DNA of 64,000 nucleotides. Origin: Squalus acanthias. Lineage: Eukaryota. This document shows positions 60,083-64,000 of the stretch, in pieces. Each line of letters begins with the position of its first letter. Within the stretch, counting starts at the first letter, position 1. The stretch spans positions 60,762,001 through 60,826,000 of the forward strand of contig CM059432.1 in assembly GCA_030390025.1 (NCBI GenBank), in the 5' to 3' direction. The position numbers and the translations under genes are program-made. The notes beneath the pieces were generated by a model. The model had not been told where the DNA came from and searched no databases. It worked only from the letters and a program-made list of their open reading frames with translations.

Positions 60083-62445
60083 CACATTTTACAAAACTTT
60101 CAGAAACTATTACAGAATGAGATCTCAAGAGTGCTTGTGCTCTGAACCATAAATATGACAGTAAGCACAAGTTGCTAACATTGATGAATAGTGAGATGAA
60201 TACAGATACAGTATCATTTAACACCAATGACCAGTATTAATCTAATGAAAATAATAGTAAGATATGGTAGATAGCTAGATTTTAAAGTCTTCAGTGTGAG
60301 ATTTGATGCAATTTTGCTTAATTCAAATTATTGGATATAAATAATTTTTGGATAATAATTGGATATAAATATTTTTAGCATAAAATTGACTGAATTATTG
60401 AAAGTACACTGTAATTCCACAGCATTCCTATTACAAAAAAATTGCAAAGCCTCTCAATGAAGGAAATCTTGAATTTGAATGCCAGTTGAGGCATGGGTTC
60501 AAACTTGTGGCTTCCTGTCCGAGTCAAATGCTGCAACTACTGGGTCCCATGAGTTTTAGTTTCAGAAGCTTCCGAACCATCGCATCAACAGATGTTTTTT
60601 TTTTAAGTTATGGAATTGACAAGTAGATTTCTAAAAAAAAGGTAGTAAACACCCAAAAAGGAATATTGCATTCTAAATAAATTATTAGCTTCAAAGTCTG
60701 TGAATTGTACAAGTGCTACTATGTATCTGTGCATCCATTTCTTCAACTTGAAAAGGAAATAAGACTGAATTACTTGTATATATAATCTTTTCATGTAACT
60801 AGCACCATTCTAATTACTTCAGAAATTAATTTAAAGCTTATGAAGGTGATCAAATATCTGATTCAATACAGATCTATCAGCACATATTCTTAATATTTAA
60901 AACTAAGTTCAATTCAAAGGAAAAATGTAAAGGGTGTTGGGAATGGGACTAAGTGGATAACTTTTTAGCTGTTTCAGAGAGCCAGAATAGGCACGATGGG
61001 CCAATTAGCCTCCTTTAGTGCTTTAGATTTTTACGATTATATGTATAAATTGAGTAATCCTTACTTCTTGACTTTCATTATGGTTTATGACCCTGTTAAA
61101 GTGATAAACAAAAGTGGTTCACCTGTGGCCCTCAGATTTTAACGTGACTGATAACCTTCAACTGGTGTGCACTTGCACTGCGTGCCATCTCTGGGTTTTT
61201 TATTTCAACCATTCATCAACTGTTGCTGGTTGTTATGTAAACAGATGCTTTCCTTAAATTATTATTCATTAATAGGATCTCATTGATCCAGACTTTATTT
61301 ATGTTAATAAATATGATTTCAAATGTCTGCTCTCATACAACCATACCACATGTACTAAAATAATCATTTTGTTCTGTTTTCTTTTCTCTGTTCTTCTACC
61401 ATCTACCAAAGAAAAGATAAATTGAATCAGGTGACACAAGTTCAGAAATGGTTTACAAAGTCCTCTAAAGAGGCAGCAGATTTTCTTTTAGGTGCATTTC
61501 TATTATTTAACATGTATTGCCGACCATTGACTGACAGAACAAGTCCTATTCAGTCTTCATGAGTAAACCAAAAGTGTTTATTTTGTTATAAATTCAGGGA
61601 ATTACGTTTTACAATTGTGTGTTATATTTTTGTTTTAAAAGTCACATAAATGACTTTCCACTAGGTCGTAAACTTAAACAAAATTCTTGTGAACGTGCTT
61701 TCTGTATTTTTCCTGATTAAAAATGTACTAAAAGATGATTTGTATGAACGCATCTTTTGTAGTAAGAGGAAGAGGTCCTTTAAAACTCTTCAGAAGACAC
61801 TTCTTCTCATCCTGAGACACTGATTATTAATAAATTGAACATTATTGCGCCGTAACTTGTTGGAAGTGCAAGCTGATAACGGTGTGGCAAGGGCAACAGG
61901 TCACTGTGGGGAAATATTAACTTAAAATTAAGAAACTTAAATTTAATAATGTCCAATATCTTTAAATTTCATTCAGTAATACTAAAGTTGTTGCTTGGTG
62001 AACTTAAACAGCTGTCGGTGGAAAGGGTTAACTCCTTTGCAGGTTTTTAAGAAGGTGGAGCGACACATTGTCAGGGGCACGCAATTGCGTCACTTCACAT
62101 TAAAAAAATGTTTACTTTCCCGATCGAAAAAGACAGTTGTGTTCTCACAATTTAATAGGTTTGTTACCCTTAATAATTCCAATCTAATTCAGACCAATAT
62201 TTTATTAACTAAACACGAACAGAAGAGATAAAACAAAACAAAATAGCACATGCTTGCAGAAAACAGTAAATTATGTCATATTTCTTATTGCCTTTCTTCA
62301 GATGCCTTTCCAAAATACTGTAAAAACATTGAATACAACTGGAGAAAAATTAGTTTTTCACATTTAAACAAATCAAATCAAACTGCTTTGGAAGATTTCA
62401 CCATAGCAACCACAACTCCAAGGTTAACTCTTAGACTGAAACTTA

Positions 62446-63102
62446 GGCCTTGATTTTGCCAGGCCCGAGGAGGCGGGAATGGAGGCATGTGGGGTATTAA
62501 AATTGCAAAAAATGGCGGGCGGGCCCGAACTCACCTCCATCCCACCTCCGAGCAATTTTTCCAAATGCGTGGTTTCTGATCCCGTCTCCATGAGGCGGGA
62601 TAGGCACTTAAGGCCCTTAACAACCACTTAATTGCCTCTATAATCCCATTTTGAGAGGCCTTTCTGATTTTAACACTTGATGCATGCCTCCTCTGAAACA
62701 CGACGGTGAAACCTGGCGGTAGCACACTTGGATTGCTGACTATCAGCTGCAGCTCCACCATTAAAAAGGAGATTTGATCAATCATCATTCTGGTGGTGGC
62801 GAAAAAAATCTGGGAGCAGACTTAGGTCTCCTGCTGCTCATTTTGCCTCCAGGTCCCTCTCACAGCAAAGGCCAAAAGGTTGGCAGTCTTTGCAGACCTT
62901 AAATGCAGCAGCAATGATGACATCATCAGAGGCGACTTTCAGACTGAAAAAAATAATTGGGTCATGGGTTCCCACATGCTGGAACTTAATTGCCCAATTA
63001 GGGGAAAATCGAATAATTCTCCCACATCCAATTGGAGTCGGGTGGCTAACACGAAAAGCGGATGACACGACCCCAGCCCGCCCCAATGACAAAATCGAGC
63101 CC
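62446..63102. mobile_element. Harbinger-type MITE
   Basis: Ends GGCCTTGATTTTG / CAAAATCGAGCCC, flanked by TTA and TAA (TWA-type target). Confidence 0.78.
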
Positions 63103-63378
63103 TAATCTTTTGTTAAACAAACTTTTTGTTCTCCGTTTTTACATACCAGCTTAACTTAAATTGTAGTTCAAAGTTTTTTTTCTAATTCTGTTATTTGCAC
63201 ATTCTTAAAACTTCCAAAATCCACGACAAGACAAAAGGGTTAAACGCTTTTAACACAGAGAAGTGGGTGGAGCTAAAACACACATAACAGACACTTTTTG
63301 TTTTAAAGACAGACTTTCAGAGAAAAGGAATACTGTAACATCTTAAACATTCATGGTCAGGAAAACTTTAACACACAC

Positions 63379-64000
63379 GGCTGGATTTTGATACTGGGGC
63401 GGGTTGGAGTCGTGTCATCCACTTTTCATGTTATCTACCCGACTGCAATTGGATGTGGGAGATTGATGCAATTTTCACCTAATTGGGCAATTGAGTTCCA
63501 GCATGTGCGAACCCATGACCCAATTAGTGTTTTCAGTCTGAAAGTCGCCTCTGATGATGCCATCATTGCTGCTGCATTGAAGGTCTGCAAAGACTGCCTG
63601 GGCTTTGCTGTGAGAGGACCTGGATGCAAAATGAGAAGCAGCAGCCCTAAGTCTGCTCCCAGATATTTTTGCACCACCACTCCCAGATCAGTCTCCCATC
63701 CACCACCACTCCCAGATCAGTCTCCCAGCCAGCCAAATGTGCTCCCGCCAGGTTTCACATTCGTGGTTCAGAACAGGCATGCTTCACGTAGAAAAAGGGT
63801 TAAAATCACAAAGGCCTTTCAAAATGGCATGATAGAGGCAATTTAGTGCTTGTTAAGGGCCTTAACAGCCTATCCCGCCTCTTAGAGGCGAGACGGAGTC
63901 GGGACCAGCAGACACAATTTAATGAAAATTGTGTGGAGTTGGGATGGAGGCGGGCCAGTTTTCGCAATTTTAACCCCCCACACACCTCCAAACCCACCTC
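63379..64000. mobile_element. Second copy of the same MITE family, inverted relative to 62446-63102, running off the window
   Basis: GGCTGGATTTTG start. TCAGTCTGAAAGTCGCCTCTGATGATG is the reverse complement of 62921-62947. Confidence 0.8.

Larger units (their letters stand above)
56051..60100 (+). other. ASXL3: Probable ASXL3 3' UTR
   Basis: AT-rich, repeat-poor sequence after the TAG stop. The end is set by the candidate AATAAA at 60077-60082 and is uncertain. Confidence 0.55.

Overview
This is vertebrate genomic DNA, most likely from a cartilaginous fish (inferred from the shark-type CR1 LINEs, a Deu-domain SINE and the Penelope/Harbinger content). It holds the 3' half of an ASXL3 gene on the + strand: two DEUBAD/ASXH exons (16523-16619, 27312-27417), a 1105-nt penultimate exon (34559-35663), a large last exon (52338-56050, ending in the PHD finger) and a 3' UTR of about 4 kb. 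The introns are packed with nested CR1 LINEs, PIF/Harbinger derivatives, MITEs and a young Penelope element with inverted arms. Main finding: the spliced mRNA has an in-frame UCC_UUU_CGG +1 shift site (35583-35591), followed by a stop-free 133-codon +1 ORF that crosses the 16.7-kb last intron and ends in EHNYCN*, an HCF-1-binding motif. This is the complete 'TF' transframe architecture I know from ASXL1/ASXL2, here in an ASXL3 orthologue. Skipping the penultimate exon would enter the same frame. A separate 1-nt frame break at about 54845-54956 is probably an assembly error.
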